Of a stretch of 64,000 bases of DNA, positions 28,868 through 41,596 are shown piece after piece. A program made the translations under genes and the position numbers. The stretch lies in IMG/VR virus record IMGVR_UViG_2910596823_000004; one strand, given 5' to 3'. This stretch comes from a virus. Lineage: Duplodnaviria > Heunggongvirae > Uroviricota > Caudoviricetes. Numbering within the stretch: the first letter of the stretch is position 1; the number at the start of each line of letters is the position of its first letter. The notes under the pieces were generated by a model. The model was given only the letters and a program-made list of their open reading frames with translations, searched no databases and had not been told where the DNA came from.

Positions 28868-29710
28868 TCATCCAATGGAATACTCCGCTATGAATTTTTT
28901 GACGATCGGCGACTCTTTATTAAGGGTTAGATTTCCACCTTCCCTGGTGGCAATGCCAGTAGCTGGAAACACAGCCATCATCTGGCCAGCCTGAGTCGAA
29001 GCGGTGTTGAGCGGATATGGTTTCTCCGGGTTGCTCATTAGCGCCAGTTTAATGCTATTGCTGGTCGCCGTGTTCGCGTCAAGGATATGGCGCATTGCGA
29101 TTACCGTGTAGACGCTGATTTCCGGCCCACCACTAAACCAGTTCAAAAGGTTTAAGATCTTGTCTTTCGCTTTGACTGGCGCCCCTTCGAATGCGGCAGT
29201 AAAGCTCTCACTTTCCAGACCGGCTGTCGCATAGAACGATTCGTCCTTACCTTCCAGCGTGAAGCGAGGTTTGGCCGTGGTACGCTCTGATTTTGCCTTC
29301 TGGCGTTTTGGCTGCTCTTCTTCAGGTTTAGGCTCTGACGCCACTGAAGGTAAAGGGGTTGGATCTGTACCGGTAGTCTCAGTACTTCGAGCGTCAAGTT
29401 CAGGCGCTGGCTCGTTCACTATCTCCGCAACAAGGTCACGCTCTGGTTCCTCGACCTTCACCGATTCGTGCTCAATCTCAAGCTCTTCCAGAATGCTACT
29501 CAGATCGCCGGTAGAGCTGGCATTCATGACTTCATCCGCCACCGCCTCGACTGGTTTTGCGATTGCATCATCCAGACCAGAGAGAAGATCGTCGATCTCG
29601 TCGACACCGCTCGTTTTCGCAGCTTTCTGCACTGGTTCGTCGAGAGATTGCAACATTGCAGTCAGTTCGTCCAGGTCATCGTTTTTAACAGTGTTTGTAA
29701 CTGCGCTCAT
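28868..29710 (-). CDS. Hypothetical protein with an acidic, low-complexity N-terminal half (280 aa)
   Basis: ORF. Confidence 0.45.
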   Translation of the reverse strand: MSAVTNTVKNDDLDELTAMLQSLDEPVQKAAKTSGVDEIDDLLSGLDDAIAKPVEAVADEVMNASSTGDLSSILEELEIEHESVKVEEPERDLVAEIVNEPAPELDARSTETTGTDPTPLPSVASEPKPEEEQPKRQKAKSERTTAKPRFTLEGKDESFYATAGLESESFTAAFEGAPVKAKDKILNLLNWFSGGPEISVYTVIAMRHILDANTATSNSIKLALMSNPEKPYPLNTASTQAGQMMAVFPATGIATREGGNLTLNKESPIVKKFIAEYSIG

Positions 29711-29838
29711 TTTTAACTCCTTATGTTTTTGTTGGTGCGTTTCCGCGTTTTGGTTGAGCGTATTTTGTCAAAACCTATCAGGCGGAAAAGTCATAATTAC
29801 AGGCAGTTAGAAGAACTGAAGGCAAAGAAAAAGCGCCA

Positions 29839-30396
29839 TCAGGCGCTTTCGAATGGGAGTTTGAAGAAGCCGTATTTCTCTCGGGCTTTGAAGAAACACT
29901 GCATCATCAGATCAGTATCGTAGAGAGCACTATGGGCCTTCTCACGGTCGTAAGTGAACCCAAGTGAGAACGCCAGCTCTTCCAGGCGTGGGCGCTTCCC
30001 ATCCTCGGTAGCCCACAAGCCATCCAGCATGGAGTCAACCAGAGGGATATCTGGCAATTTCACCCCATAGCTACCGAACTCGTGGCGAATGAACGGAAGG
30101 TCAAAAGCCTCTCCGTTATGGGCGACTAACGCGCTACATGCGCCCATGTACGCAGCAATCTTGCCTGCGTGGTCAGCCAGTAGCGGTTCCGTCGCCAGAT
30201 CTTCCAGTGAAATGCCATGCACTGCCTGAGCCTTCGGATCGATACTGCGACGCGGGTTGAAGCGCATCTCAAGGCTGTCGATGTGCTTCTGGGTTTCCAG
30301 TTCATAACGGGTTATCGCGATTTCGATAATTTTGTGGCCGGATGTGAAGTCCAGCCCTGTGGACTCAATATCGACGCCACCGACAATCGTGGTCAT
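29839..30396 (-). CDS. DnaQ-like 3'-5' exonuclease (DEDD family)
   Basis: Exo I VDIESTGLD, Exo III HSALYDTD. It sits in the same replication cluster as the DnaE-like polymerase. Confidence 0.65.
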   Translation of the reverse strand: MTTIVGGVDIESTGLDFTSGHKIIEIAITRYELETQKHIDSLEMRFNPRRSIDPKAQAVHGISLEDLATEPLLADHAGKIAAYMGACSALVAHNGEAFDLPFIRHEFGSYGVKLPDIPLVDSMLDGLWATEDGKRPRLEELAFSLGFTYDREKAHSALYDTDLMMQCFFKAREKYGFFKLPFESA

Positions 30397-30405
30397 TGGT
30401 ACTCC

Positions 30406-30825
30406 TTACAGCTTCTTCGCGCCTTTCAGCAGTGCGCCACGCACAAACTGAGCAGCCTTTTTCAGTGCGTCCTCGCCACTTTCGCAGACGACCGGCTCGC
30501 GCCATTCGCCCGTTGATGTGTTGAGGATCTGGATTTGGTTGGTCTCCAGGCAGACGGACACGTACAAAACCGTACCGCCTGAGAGTTTGAGGTGCATAGG
30601 AAACAGAGGGCGCTTGGTGCCGCCATTGAACTGCGACATCGCCACATTGATGGCTTCGCCAACCTCTTCCCCAACAAGCCCTTGAACGGACTCAAACACT
30701 GCGCGGATAGCCAGACGTGCTTCACGTTCACTCATCAAAGAGCGGGATTGTTCGTCAGCAATGCGGATCAGTGCTTCAATCGCTTTACGATCTAATTCAT
30801 CCGAGAGGGGAAGTTCATCTATCAT
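30406..30825 (-). CDS. Hypothetical protein (139 aa)
   Basis: ORF. Confidence 0.4.
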   Translation of the reverse strand: MIDELPLSDELDRKAIEALIRIADEQSRSLMSEREARLAIRAVFESVQGLVGEEVGEAINVAMSQFNGGTKRPLFPMHLKLSGGTVLYVSVCLETNQIQILNTSTGEWREPVVCESGEDALKKAAQFVRGALLKGAKKL

Positions 30826-30888
30826 TCTGTTTTTCCTCGATTCATTTCGCGTGTCTTATTGTCACACTGCCCAACAGGGGAGCAATAT

Positions 30889-31533
30889 TCAGTGGAAGGT
30901 CACTCGTCCTGTTATACGGCGCTCGATGTTTTCAGCGGCTCTGTCCAGCACTCGCAATACCGATCTGGCTCGCGCTTCAACCGTGCGGCACTTTTCAGAG
31001 ATAACGAACACCTGCAGATCGCCGGTTTGGGGAAGCGTGTTGATTTTCGTCAGCTCACCGCACATAAGTGCATCGATGCGAGCAACATAGAGACGGTCAA
31101 GCGATCCTCGCTGGGGACGCGCGAGATCTTTGCTGGAAAGCTCAACGCCCGGGCGAAGACCCGCGATAGCATTGAAGTTGGAAATGGCCGCTTTGTGGCA
31201 AAACTGCTCAATGTCGAGAGCCAGCTCGATGCAGCGGTCTTCGTTGGTCTGGCCGACCAGGTCAAGCGTATAAGCCATGACATCGGCTGGCGTGCGGTCG
31301 ATAACAAAACCTTCAACGCCGCGGGTGATCATCTCGATATGTCTGGCAATCTCCATCTGAACCTGAAGACGTTCGTAAAGGGGCAAACGCTCGCCAACCT
31401 TCACCCCCAGACTGCCCATCAGCTTGCCAACGCCGGCATCCACATACGGAATGCCATAATGCGCATCGATGTACCTTGCCAGGGTTGTTTTTCCACTGCC
31501 CTGTGCGCCAGTGATTCCAATCCGGTAATCCAT
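30889..31533 (-). CDS. P-loop nucleotide (dNMP/thymidylate-like) kinase
   Basis: P-loop GITGAQGSGKTT. Overlaps folA (ATGA). Confidence 0.5.
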   Translation of the reverse strand: MDYRIGITGAQGSGKTTLARYIDAHYGIPYVDAGVGKLMGSLGVKVGERLPLYERLQVQMEIARHIEMITRGVEGFVIDRTPADVMAYTLDLVGQTNEDRCIELALDIEQFCHKAAISNFNAIAGLRPGVELSSKDLARPQRGSLDRLYVARIDALMCGELTKINTLPQTGDLQVFVISEKCRTVEARARSVLRVLDRAAENIERRITGRVTFH

Positions 31534-32009
31534 TACGACCTTCTGTATACGATCTGCAAAAAGCCAGGCTCATCCTCATTTGCACGTTGGGTATAAGCCG
31601 TTTCGACTGGTACGAACCCTAAAGAACGCATCATTGGCGCCGGGAAGAACGCATCCGCGCCCGGCACATCCACGCCAATATGCGACAGCCAGATCTCTTC
31701 TACGTGTGGCATAAAGAGCGAGTAAATCTGCCCGCCACCAATCACCCAGACCGGATCTGGCAGTCTCAAAACGTCATCGATGCCAGCGGGGTAGAACCCA
31801 TTGGGGATATACCCACGAGAGCGCGTCAAAACGAGGTTATGGCGCTCTGGCAGCGGGCGCTTGAGACTTTCCATCGTCTTGCGTCCCATCACGACAGTGG
31901 CGTTTTTGGTGAGTTGTTTGAACAGTTTCAGATCGGTCGGGCAACACCAGGGAAGTTCGTTGCCAATGCCGATTTCATAGTTGCGGCCGACAGCTGCAAT
32001 CATCTTCAT
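31533..32009 (-). CDS. folA: Dihydrofolate reductase
   Basis: MKMIAAVGRNYEIGIGNELPW...DLKLFKQLT is alignable by eye to the E. coli FolA N-terminus. 158 aa. Confidence 0.8.
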   Translation of the reverse strand: MKMIAAVGRNYEIGIGNELPWCCPTDLKLFKQLTKNATVVMGRKTMESLKRPLPERHNLVLTRSRGYIPNGFYPAGIDDVLRLPDPVWVIGGGQIYSLFMPHVEEIWLSHIGVDVPGADAFFPAPMMRSLGFVPVETAYTQRANEDEPGFLQIVYRRS

Positions 32010-32363
32010 TGGCTTACCTCATAGATGGTTGGTCGCTGGTGAGAATCTGCCAGCGCAGAACGCAGACGCGGATCATGAACCAGTGCGGCGATAAGTAAGT
32101 CGCCTTTGTGCTCTGCCAGCGTGCGCTTGATATGGGTTTCAAAACTGACACCGCGCGGAACAAGGTGGAGCCAGTCATAATCAATGCCGAAGTCCTTCAG
32201 CCAGCGTTTGGTTGGGCCTTCGAGCGCTTCCGGACGACTACTGATAAGCACCACTTCAGCACCGGAGCGAGCAAAACCACGCAACATGCGGCTGGTGTCA
32301 ACAACGGGTAAAAAGTGATCCACTTACCGCCACCACCAACGGTTTAATATTGATCCACCTTGT

Positions 32364-34193
<1,830 letters not shown>

Positions 34194-34381
34194 TAACCCC
34201 TGGATCAATTTTCAACCGCTGGGGTGGATCAGTTTTGCACCGTTGGTAACAGCTGGTGGGAAAGATGAGTTCATCACCGGCAATGAGAGCGCCTGCATCC
34301 GCATCAGACACTGCTTTGCGATGGCTGGCTCTCGCCAGCACACCTTCAATTTCACACAACACATACATCCCTCTGGCCATA

Positions 34382-35497
34382 TCACACCGCCACTGGAACC
34401 TTGATCCACGGAAGAGGGCTGTAGCCGCACACCTGCACACCTTCCCATTTGAAGTCGTCCAGTTCGGCCCATTCATGCGGGAAGATGACAACCGGGTCGG
34501 ACTCATTGGGCGGCTCGCGCTTCATCAGTTCCTCAACGCCTTCCATGTGGTTGTCGTAGAGATGAACGTCAAAGCCAAAATGCACGAATGCGCCAGCCAT
34601 GTGGCCGGTGATCTTCGCGAGGAAGTGGGTGAGAATGCCGTAACCGGCGATGTTGAACGGCATACCAACAAAGGTATCGACGCTGCGCTGCACCAGGCAT
34701 GAGTTCAGAATGCGTTTCGGGATGCCCAGCTCGTCCAGCATGTTCTCAGTAATGCCGCCATCTCTTTCCAGAAGACACAGCATCTGGGTGTAAATAGACT
34801 CGTGGCCGTGGCGGTTGTGCTGAATGCCAATGTCGGTGGCCATAGTCAGTCGGGTCTCAAAGTCCAGCTCGCGACTCCACAGTGAAAACACGAAATGGCA
34901 TGGCGGCAGCTTCATATCTTCCAGTTCGCCAACATTCCAGGCATTCAGCAGGATGCGACGATCTGTAGGGTTGGTGCGAAGCGTGTCAACGATACGCTGT
35001 AGCTGATCAATTTCACGGGACAACACAACGCGATCTTCACTTACGCCCAGATACCCCTCGACCTTGTACCCGCGCTCACGGAACGTGTCGATTTTGCTCA
35101 AATACTCGCTATGGCTCACGATGCGGGTATCTTCCCACCGACGCCATTGTTTGCCATAGACCGGGCCTAAATCGCCATTTTCATCAGCCCAGGCATCCCA
35201 GATTTTGACGCCATTGTCTTTCAGGAACTGGATGTTGCCCGTTCCTTTGAGATACCACTCCAGCTCAACCAGTAACGGCTTCAGGTTGACGGCTTTTCCG
35301 GAGATAAGTGGAACAGAGCCTCCCGTCAGCATGTAGTAGGAAGGGACATATGAAACGCTTTTTGTGCCGGTTCCGGTGCGATCACCCGCGTGAACGCCAG
35401 TGTTGAGCACCGTTTCAACCACTTTGGCATACGAACCACTGGCAAACTGACCGTTCGTAAAGTCTCGATTCAGTAGGATAGACAAAATCAACCTCAC
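34382..35497 (-). CDS. thyA: Thymidylate synthase (ThyA family)
   Basis: DRTGTGT, DLGPVYGKQWRRW, KLPPCH catalytic-Cys motif. Longer than E. coli ThyA, so it has inserts or an N-terminal extension. Confidence 0.7.
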   Translation of the reverse strand: MRLILSILLNRDFTNGQFASGSYAKVVETVLNTGVHAGDRTGTGTKSVSYVPSYYMLTGGSVPLISGKAVNLKPLLVELEWYLKGTGNIQFLKDNGVKIWDAWADENGDLGPVYGKQWRRWEDTRIVSHSEYLSKIDTFRERGYKVEGYLGVSEDRVVLSREIDQLQRIVDTLRTNPTDRRILLNAWNVGELEDMKLPPCHFVFSLWSRELDFETRLTMATDIGIQHNRHGHESIYTQMLCLLERDGGITENMLDELGIPKRILNSCLVQRSVDTFVGMPFNIAGYGILTHFLAKITGHMAGAFVHFGFDVHLYDNHMEGVEELMKREPPNESDPVVIFPHEWAELDDFKWEGVQVCGYSPLPWIKVPVAV

Positions 35498-35577
35498 ACA
35501 AGATAGGTAAGTACATACATATTATTTTATACAAGTTTATCTGTCAGAAGTGTGTAAGGCTAGGAGGGGAGTAAAAA

Positions 35578-35605
35578 AATGGTGGCTCTTAGGCCACCAT
35601 TGCAA
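35578..35605 (-). terminator. Rho-independent terminator (minus strand)
   Basis: Minus-sense atggtggcctaagagccaccat followed by TTTTTTT. Confidence 0.55.
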
Positions 35606-35673
35606 TGAGCAATTAAGAACTTGGACAATAAAACACGCCCAGGCAATATATAATGATAAGTAGATACTTACAA

Positions 35674-36543
35674 TTATTTTTTTACCATCTCGTAAAGAGA
35701 TGAGGCTTTCGCCTTCTCAACAAAGCGAGTCAGATCCACATCGCTGTAGGTTGGGGATTTGAGGATCTTGCCATCAGAAACTCTGAAGCCAATCATCATG
35801 TCAGTCCCTTCAGCGTGGCGGAAGCCCAGATCTTCCTTGTCGTATTTGCAATTCTCTACCGCCACACGACGCTCTTCGGCGTCAGCCGGCCACAGCTTGG
35901 TCATGTTGGAACGATGGATTTCTGCCACCAGCTCAACAATATCGATACCGAGAAAATCAGCCAGGCGGTAGGTCATCATGCAGGCAACGTAGATTTTATT
36001 CATCACGCGGCGCAGCTCCTGCACCAATTCGGAATCGCTAATCGGCTTCGCTTCGAGTTTGTCAGCCAGCGCATTCAGCATTAATGCAGCTTCTTTTGCT
36101 TCTTCAAACGGGATGGCCATGTCGTCAAAGACCGTGTTGCCTGGAACCATGATGGTGTGGATGAAGCGATCAACACTCTGCTCTTGGGTGTAGTAGCTCA
36201 TGCCTGTAGAGATACCGCCTTTGATGGCCACCATTGTGCCGACGCCCACGTAAAGGAAGTCAGCCATCGCATCCAGCAGCGCCGTCATGTCCCCGTTTTT
36301 AGCTGCCGGGATGCCCTCGGTAACAGCTTCTTCGTGGATCAGCTTGGCACGCAGACGCAGTAGTGCCGGATCTGAAATGGCACGGCGTGGGTGCTGAAAC
36401 AGTGTGTGGAACTGGTCAACCATCAGGTAGATGCTTTCCGTTGCCTTGCCAAAACCGGGATTCAACTCGTAAGGCTCTGGCTTAAATCCCACGAGTTTGT
36501 CTGCGGCAAGTTTCAGATGATCGGTCAGTTTCGTAAATTTCAT
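35674..36543 (-). CDS. Possible MazG-like nucleotide pyrophosphohydrolase (290 aa)
   Basis: LIHEEAVTEG ... DMTALLDAMADFLYVG resembles MazG EExxE/D motifs. Start chosen at the ATG after the AAGGAAAGAAAGAAGAC RBS. Low confidence on function. Confidence 0.4.
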   Translation of the reverse strand: MKFTKLTDHLKLAADKLVGFKPEPYELNPGFGKATESIYLMVDQFHTLFQHPRRAISDPALLRLRAKLIHEEAVTEGIPAAKNGDMTALLDAMADFLYVGVGTMVAIKGGISTGMSYYTQEQSVDRFIHTIMVPGNTVFDDMAIPFEEAKEAALMLNALADKLEAKPISDSELVQELRRVMNKIYVACMMTYRLADFLGIDIVELVAEIHRSNMTKLWPADAEERRVAVENCKYDKEDLGFRHAEGTDMMIGFRVSDGKILKSPTYSDVDLTRFVEKAKASSLYEMVKK

Positions 36544-36625
36544 GTCTTCTTTCTTTCCTTTGGACTTCATTTGATACGTCAATTGTGACCCAGCAGCGCC
36601 AGGCCACAAAGTGGTTAAACTCGGC

Positions 36626-37792
36626 TTAAAGGTCTGCGAACTGGCTCAGGCCGGAGCGATCGACAGCGGAGTCAATCTGGCCAACGAGGTAGTTGCTTTG
36701 TTCAGCTTCCTGCGGAGCGATCTGCAGGGTGTCTGACAGCAGCCATTTGTTCATCCATACCAGTGGATCGTCTTTGATTTCCGGGAACAGCGGTCGCAGC
36801 CCAAGACGACGCATTGCCAGGTTGGTGCGGTATTTCACATAGCTTTTGAGGATGTCGGCATTCAAGCCAATCATTGAGCCGTCTTTAAACAGATAGTCAG
36901 CCCAGCGCATTTCCTGCCCGGCCACATCCATCATGGTCTGATAGATGAAGCTCTCTTCTTCTGCGGCAATCATCTTCCACATCAGACCTTCACGACCGGT
37001 ACGCATAAAGCGGATCATGCGTTCAGTACCTTCGCAATGCAGAGTCTCGTCGCGCGCGATAAAGCGCATGATCTTCGTGTTGCCCTCCAGCAGCTTCCGC
37101 TCACCAAAGGCGAACGTACACGCAAAGCTCACGTAGAAGCGAATCGCCTCCAGTGCATTCACCGACACCAGTGTTCGGAACAGCTGGCGCTGGAGAGGGT
37201 AGGGCTTGCCATCAAACTCGCTGACATAAAGCCGTTCAAATTCGTCTTCGCCAAGATGCTGGCGAGCGCAGGTCATTTCGTACAGTCTGTCATATTCGCT
37301 TGAGATGCTTACAGCCCGGCTGATGATCTCTTCGTCCGTGACGATGCCGTCGAAAACGATGCTCGGGTCATCCACCATACCGCGGATAATGTGCGTATAG
37401 CTGCGGCTGTGAATCGTCTCGGAGAACGACCAGGTCTCGACCCATGTCTCCAGCTCAGGAATGGAGATCAGCGGCAGCAGTGTTGCGTTAGGACTGCGAC
37501 CCTGAACGGAATCCAACAGCGTCTGGTAACGCAGGTTGCTCAGGAAAATATGGCGCTCGTGCTCTTGCAGCTTGGTATTGAAGTCGATGCGGTCAGTGGT
37601 AATGTCGACTTCTTCAGGGCGCCAGAAGAACGAAAGTTGTTTCTCAATCAGCTTTTCGAAGTCACGGTACTTTTGCTGATCGTAGCGTGCTACGTTGACA
37701 GACTGGCCGAGGAACATAGGTTCCTTCGTTGCGTCGTTAGCGCCCAAACGGAAAGTAGAATAAGTCATGTGTTTCCCTCTGAATGTTATCAA
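36626..37792 (-). CDS. nrdB: Ribonucleotide reductase small subunit (class Ia NrdB)
   Basis: Di-iron/tyrosyl radical protein motifs ([12 protein letters not shown] ... EGxxH). The start may be 37768 (MTYSTF). Confidence 0.75.
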   Translation of the reverse strand: MITFRGKHMTYSTFRLGANDATKEPMFLGQSVNVARYDQQKYRDFEKLIEKQLSFFWRPEEVDITTDRIDFNTKLQEHERHIFLSNLRYQTLLDSVQGRSPNATLLPLISIPELETWVETWSFSETIHSRSYTHIIRGMVDDPSIVFDGIVTDEEIISRAVSISSEYDRLYEMTCARQHLGEDEFERLYVSEFDGKPYPLQRQLFRTLVSVNALEAIRFYVSFACTFAFGERKLLEGNTKIMRFIARDETLHCEGTERMIRFMRTGREGLMWKMIAAEEESFIYQTMMDVAGQEMRWADYLFKDGSMIGLNADILKSYVKYRTNLAMRRLGLRPLFPEIKDDPLVWMNKWLLSDTLQIAPQEAEQSNYLVGQIDSAVDRSGLSQFADL

Positions 37793-37875
37793 ATGGCTTT
37801 AAACAAATTGTTATCTTATTGGTTTAAACAAGGTGCTCAACTCAATGAAAAGGTGGGGATTTCTCCCCACGCTCA

Positions 37876-40191
37876 TCAGATTTTGCACGCGCCATCGCAC
37901 TCATCTTCTGGCTCAACAACCTCCGCAGCGGAAGGGTCTGACACCTGATCGTCGTCATCACGCTTACCAGCGCCATCACGCGTGTTGTGGTAATAAAGCG
38001 TCTTCACACCTTGCTGATACGCAAACAGCAGATCTTCCAGCAGCTTCATCATTGGAACCTTGTCGCCAGGGAAGCGAGTCGGGTCGTAGTTGGTGTTCGC
38101 AGAGATGGCCTGATCGAAGAACTTCTGAATGATGGCCACCTTAGTCAGATAGCCGCGGTTATCCGGCATATCCCACAGGTACTCGTACTGGTCTTTCAGT
38201 TGAGCGAAGTCCGGAACGACCATCTTCACGATGCCGTCTTTGGAAGACTTCACGGACACCGGGCCGCGGGGCGGCTCAATACCATTGGTGGAGTTGGTGA
38301 TCTGGCTGGACGTCTCACACGGCATTTGAGCGGTCAGAGTTGAGTTACGCAGACCATGCTCACGGATACGGCCACGCAGCTCTTCCCACGGCATTTTCAG
38401 CTCGAAAGAGGTCTCCGGGTTGGTATCCAGCGTTTTGCGATAGTGGTCGACTGGCAGCTGGCCCTGTGCGTATTTGGTGTGGGAGAACCAGTCACATGCA
38501 CCTTTCGCTTCGGCCAGTCGGCAGCTCGCATCGAGCAGGTAGTACTGAATGGCTTCGAAGGTCTCATGAACCAGCTGGTTGCCCGCAGCGTCAGAGTAGT
38601 TAAAGCCGTTCTTCGCCAGATAGTAAGCAAAGTTGGTCACGCCAATACCCAGACTACGACGAGCTTTAGCCGGGATTTCTGCAGCAGCCATCGGGTAGTC
38701 CTGATAGTCGAGCAGAGAGTCCAGTGCCGCCACAGCGTAAAACGCCACGTCTTTCAGTGAGTCCAGCGTGCGGATCGCACCCAGGTTGAACGCAGACAGG
38801 GTGCAAAGCGCGATTTCCCCGTTCGGATCGTCAGTGAACGCCAGTGGCTTGGTCGGTAGCGTGATCTCCATACAGAGATTGGACTGGTGTACCGGTGCAA
38901 TTTCCGGAACGAATGCGCCGTGATCGTTCATGTGGTCGACGTTGGCAATATAAACACGACCAGTGGAGGCACGCTCCTGCATCAGCGTAGAGAACAGGTC
39001 GACGGCCGGGATAGATTTCTTACGGATGCTCTCGTCGGCTTCGTACTTCAGGTACAGCTCTTCGAACTTGTCCTGATCAACAAAGAACGCGTCGTACAGG
39101 CCCGGCACATCGTGTGGGCTGAACAGCGTAATGTTTTCGTTGCGCACCAGGCGGCGATACATCAGACGGTTGATCATCACGCCATAGTCGAGATGACGAA
39201 CGCGGTTCTCTTCAATGCCACGGTTGTTTTTCAGCACCAGCAGACTTTCAACTTCCAAGTGCCAGATCGGATAGAACGCTGTAGCAGCGCCGCCGCGAAC
39301 ACCGCCCTGAGAGCAGGATTTCACCGCCGTCTGGAAGTGTTTCAGGAATGGAATAACGCCAGTGTGGGTGGCCTCGCCATTGCGGATCTCACTGCCCAGC
39401 GCACGCAGACGCCCAAAACCAATACCAATGCCCGCGCGACGTGACACGTAGTCGATGATTGCGGAAGACGCAGCGCTAATCCCTTTCAGACTATCAGCAG
39501 CTTCAATCAGCACGCAGCTGGAGAACTGGCGAGTAGGGGTGCGCACGCCGGCCATAATTGGCGTTGGCAGAGACAGCTTGAATGTACTGGTCACATCGTA
39601 GAAGCCCTTAACCATCTCCAGACGCGTCTTACCGGCGCAGCCATCTTCCCAATTCTGGAACAGGCACATGCCGACCAGCATGTAGAGTTGCTGTGGCCCT
39701 TCGTAGATAGCGCCAGTTACACGGTTTTGAACGAGATACTTGCTCGCCAGCTGCACGGTGGCGGCATAGCCGAAGTATTCGTCGCGCTTAGGCTTGATGT
39801 ACACGCCCAGCTCGGCAATTTCTTCCTGAGAGTAGTACTTGAGAAGGTCTTCATCGTAAACGCCACGACTGACGTTGCTGACGATGTGATTGTAGAAATT
39901 CGGGTAGTCATACTGGCCGAAGGCGTCCTTGCGGATCTTGAACAGGCTCAGTCGCGCGGCAACCTGCGAGTAGTTCGGGGTTTCCGGAGAGATCAGATCG
40001 GCAGCGGACTTCACCAGCGCCTCATGCAGCTGGCAGGTGGTCATTCCGTCGAAAATGCTGGCAGCAGCGCCCATAGCGACAGCAGACGCGCTAACGTTGC
40101 GAATGTTTTCGACTCCCCACATCACAACGCGGTTGTATTTTTCCTCTGACAACGGCTCAGTGGAACCGTTACGTTTTACGATGCTTATCAT
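37876..40191 (-). CDS. nrdA: Ribonucleotide reductase large subunit (class Ia NrdA)
   Basis: 771 aa with an N-terminal ATP-cone (VKRNGSTEPLSEEKYNRV) and a C-terminal CxxC tail. Confidence 0.8.
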   Translation of the reverse strand: MISIVKRNGSTEPLSEEKYNRVVMWGVENIRNVSASAVAMGAAASIFDGMTTCQLHEALVKSAADLISPETPNYSQVAARLSLFKIRKDAFGQYDYPNFYNHIVSNVSRGVYDEDLLKYYSQEEIAELGVYIKPKRDEYFGYAATVQLASKYLVQNRVTGAIYEGPQQLYMLVGMCLFQNWEDGCAGKTRLEMVKGFYDVTSTFKLSLPTPIMAGVRTPTRQFSSCVLIEAADSLKGISAASSAIIDYVSRRAGIGIGFGRLRALGSEIRNGEATHTGVIPFLKHFQTAVKSCSQGGVRGGAATAFYPIWHLEVESLLVLKNNRGIEENRVRHLDYGVMINRLMYRRLVRNENITLFSPHDVPGLYDAFFVDQDKFEELYLKYEADESIRKKSIPAVDLFSTLMQERASTGRVYIANVDHMNDHGAFVPEIAPVHQSNLCMEITLPTKPLAFTDDPNGEIALCTLSAFNLGAIRTLDSLKDVAFYAVAALDSLLDYQDYPMAAAEIPAKARRSLGIGVTNFAYYLAKNGFNYSDAAGNQLVHETFEAIQYYLLDASCRLAEAKGACDWFSHTKYAQGQLPVDHYRKTLDTNPETSFELKMPWEELRGRIREHGLRNSTLTAQMPCETSSQITNSTNGIEPPRGPVSVKSSKDGIVKMVVPDFAQLKDQYEYLWDMPDNRGYLTKVAIIQKFFDQAISANTNYDPTRFPGDKVPMMKLLEDLLFAYQQGVKTLYYHNTRDGAGKRDDDDQVSDPSAAEVVEPEDECDGACKI

Positions 40192-40206
40192 GTATCACCC
40201 AATAAA

Positions 40207-40232
40207 AAAGGCCACTAAATATAGTGGCCTCA
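40207..40232 (-). terminator. Rho-independent terminator (minus strand)
   Basis: Minus-sense aggccactatatttagtggcct followed by TTTTTT. Confidence 0.55.
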
Positions 40233-40268
40233 TGTTAATAGATAAGTACTTACCTATCAATTACCGAC

Positions 40269-40874
40269 TTATAAAATTCCTGCAAGAACATCGCGAACCT
40301 GACGGAATTGATCAGTTTGCATACCGGTGTAAATCGACGCGACAGCGTCCGCAAGGTGCTCGTTTTTATTCACCAGCACTTCCTTACCAGATTGCTTCCG
40401 GCGCAACCACGGGGCGTTTGGCTGCTTCTGCGTAGCCCACTGAATGATCTCTTCCTTCGACGTGGTCAGCTTATTCCCGACATAGTGCTTAATCTCGTTT
40501 GGCGTGACCTGTATCAGTGGCTTATCCACGCACGCCAGTACGCCAATGCAGATGCCGTATGAGGTTTGTGCGCGACTGGACTGGCTACCAACCGGAAGTT
40601 CACAAAACACCATATGGGCCTGTTCGATTATGGGCTTGGCGGTGCGCCAGATTTCGTTAGCGCGGCGCAGATCGTCGCTGTTTACGCGAACCGTCTTCTT
40701 GTTGCCGCCAGCTTTGGTTTCCACCAATGTCAGGCCATGAATGTCCAGCTTATCCGTTTCCAGATCCAGCGTGCCAATCGCCAGGCCAAAGTTGCTCATT
40801 GAAGGGTCGACGCCGACCACACGAATGGTTTTACTCACTTTTGGTCTCCTTACCACGTAGCCCAGGTTGGGCAT
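40269..40874 (-). CDS. RuvC-like Holliday-junction resolvase
   Basis: VVGVDPSMSNFGLAIG at the N-terminus, with acidic catalytic residues later (NEHLADAVA). Confidence 0.55.
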   Translation of the reverse strand: MPNLGYVVRRPKVSKTIRVVGVDPSMSNFGLAIGTLDLETDKLDIHGLTLVETKAGGNKKTVRVNSDDLRRANEIWRTAKPIIEQAHMVFCELPVGSQSSRAQTSYGICIGVLACVDKPLIQVTPNEIKHYVGNKLTTSKEEIIQWATQKQPNAPWLRRKQSGKEVLVNKNEHLADAVASIYTGMQTDQFRQVRDVLAGIL

Positions 40875-41596
40875 TCCATTAGTTTCTGTTCAAGTGTCTT
40901 TTCCGGCTCGCGATCTGGCGGCTTCGGAATGTCGCTAACAACGTGAATGCTATCGTTGGTTAGAACGCCTGCAGCAATGTCTGCATCGATCATGCTCTGG
41001 CCGATGAAATGCCGCATGATGTCGATCAGATGGTGTGCAGCCGTTTCATTCGCGCTGAATACATGGGGGAGAAGAACTTCAATAATCGCTACTTCACATC
41101 CCTCCTCGTAAAAGCAGAGTTTCGCCCGCTTTGAAATTGGCGCGTGCCGGTCATAGTCAACAGAGAAGCTGGCGAAGGCAGCACCCGGCATTGCAACGTG
41201 ATCCGCGCGTGCGTTAGCGTGTCGAATCAGATTAGTGAATGCGGTGCTGATGTGCGTCTCCATTGCATTGAAGAGTGCATTTTCTTGGATGTTCAGCGTT
41301 CCGGTTTCAGGAATCACAACGAACCCCGGCCCAGAATGTGGGAGATATCCACCTTCCGTAAATGGATTAATAAGGATCGGCGCAGTGCTTCCTGACGGCA
41401 GCATAGACAAACTCGGCATCAACGGAGTCGATGACAACAGACTGGTTAATACCGCGAACTGGTCGTCATTGATGTTTTCGTTTTTCCACAAAAGTGCAGG
41501 CGCAGCTGCTTTTGCCGTATGGTGGTTTATCAGCTTTATAGACTGCATCACGGCAAACATTTGCAAAAACTGCGTGCGGCTCAAGTTAAACGACAT
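40850..41596 (-). CDS. Hypothetical protein (248 aa)
   Basis: ORF. Confidence 0.4.
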   Translation of the reverse strand: MSFNLSRTQFLQMFAVMQSIKLINHHTAKAAAPALLWKNENINDDQFAVLTSLLSSTPLMPSLSMLPSGSTAPILINPFTEGGYLPHSGPGFVVIPETGTLNIQENALFNAMETHISTAFTNLIRHANARADHVAMPGAAFASFSVDYDRHAPISKRAKLCFYEEGCEVAIIEVLLPHVFSANETAAHHLIDIMRHFIGQSMIDADIAAGVLTNDSIHVVSDIPKPPDREPEKTLEQKLMECPTWATW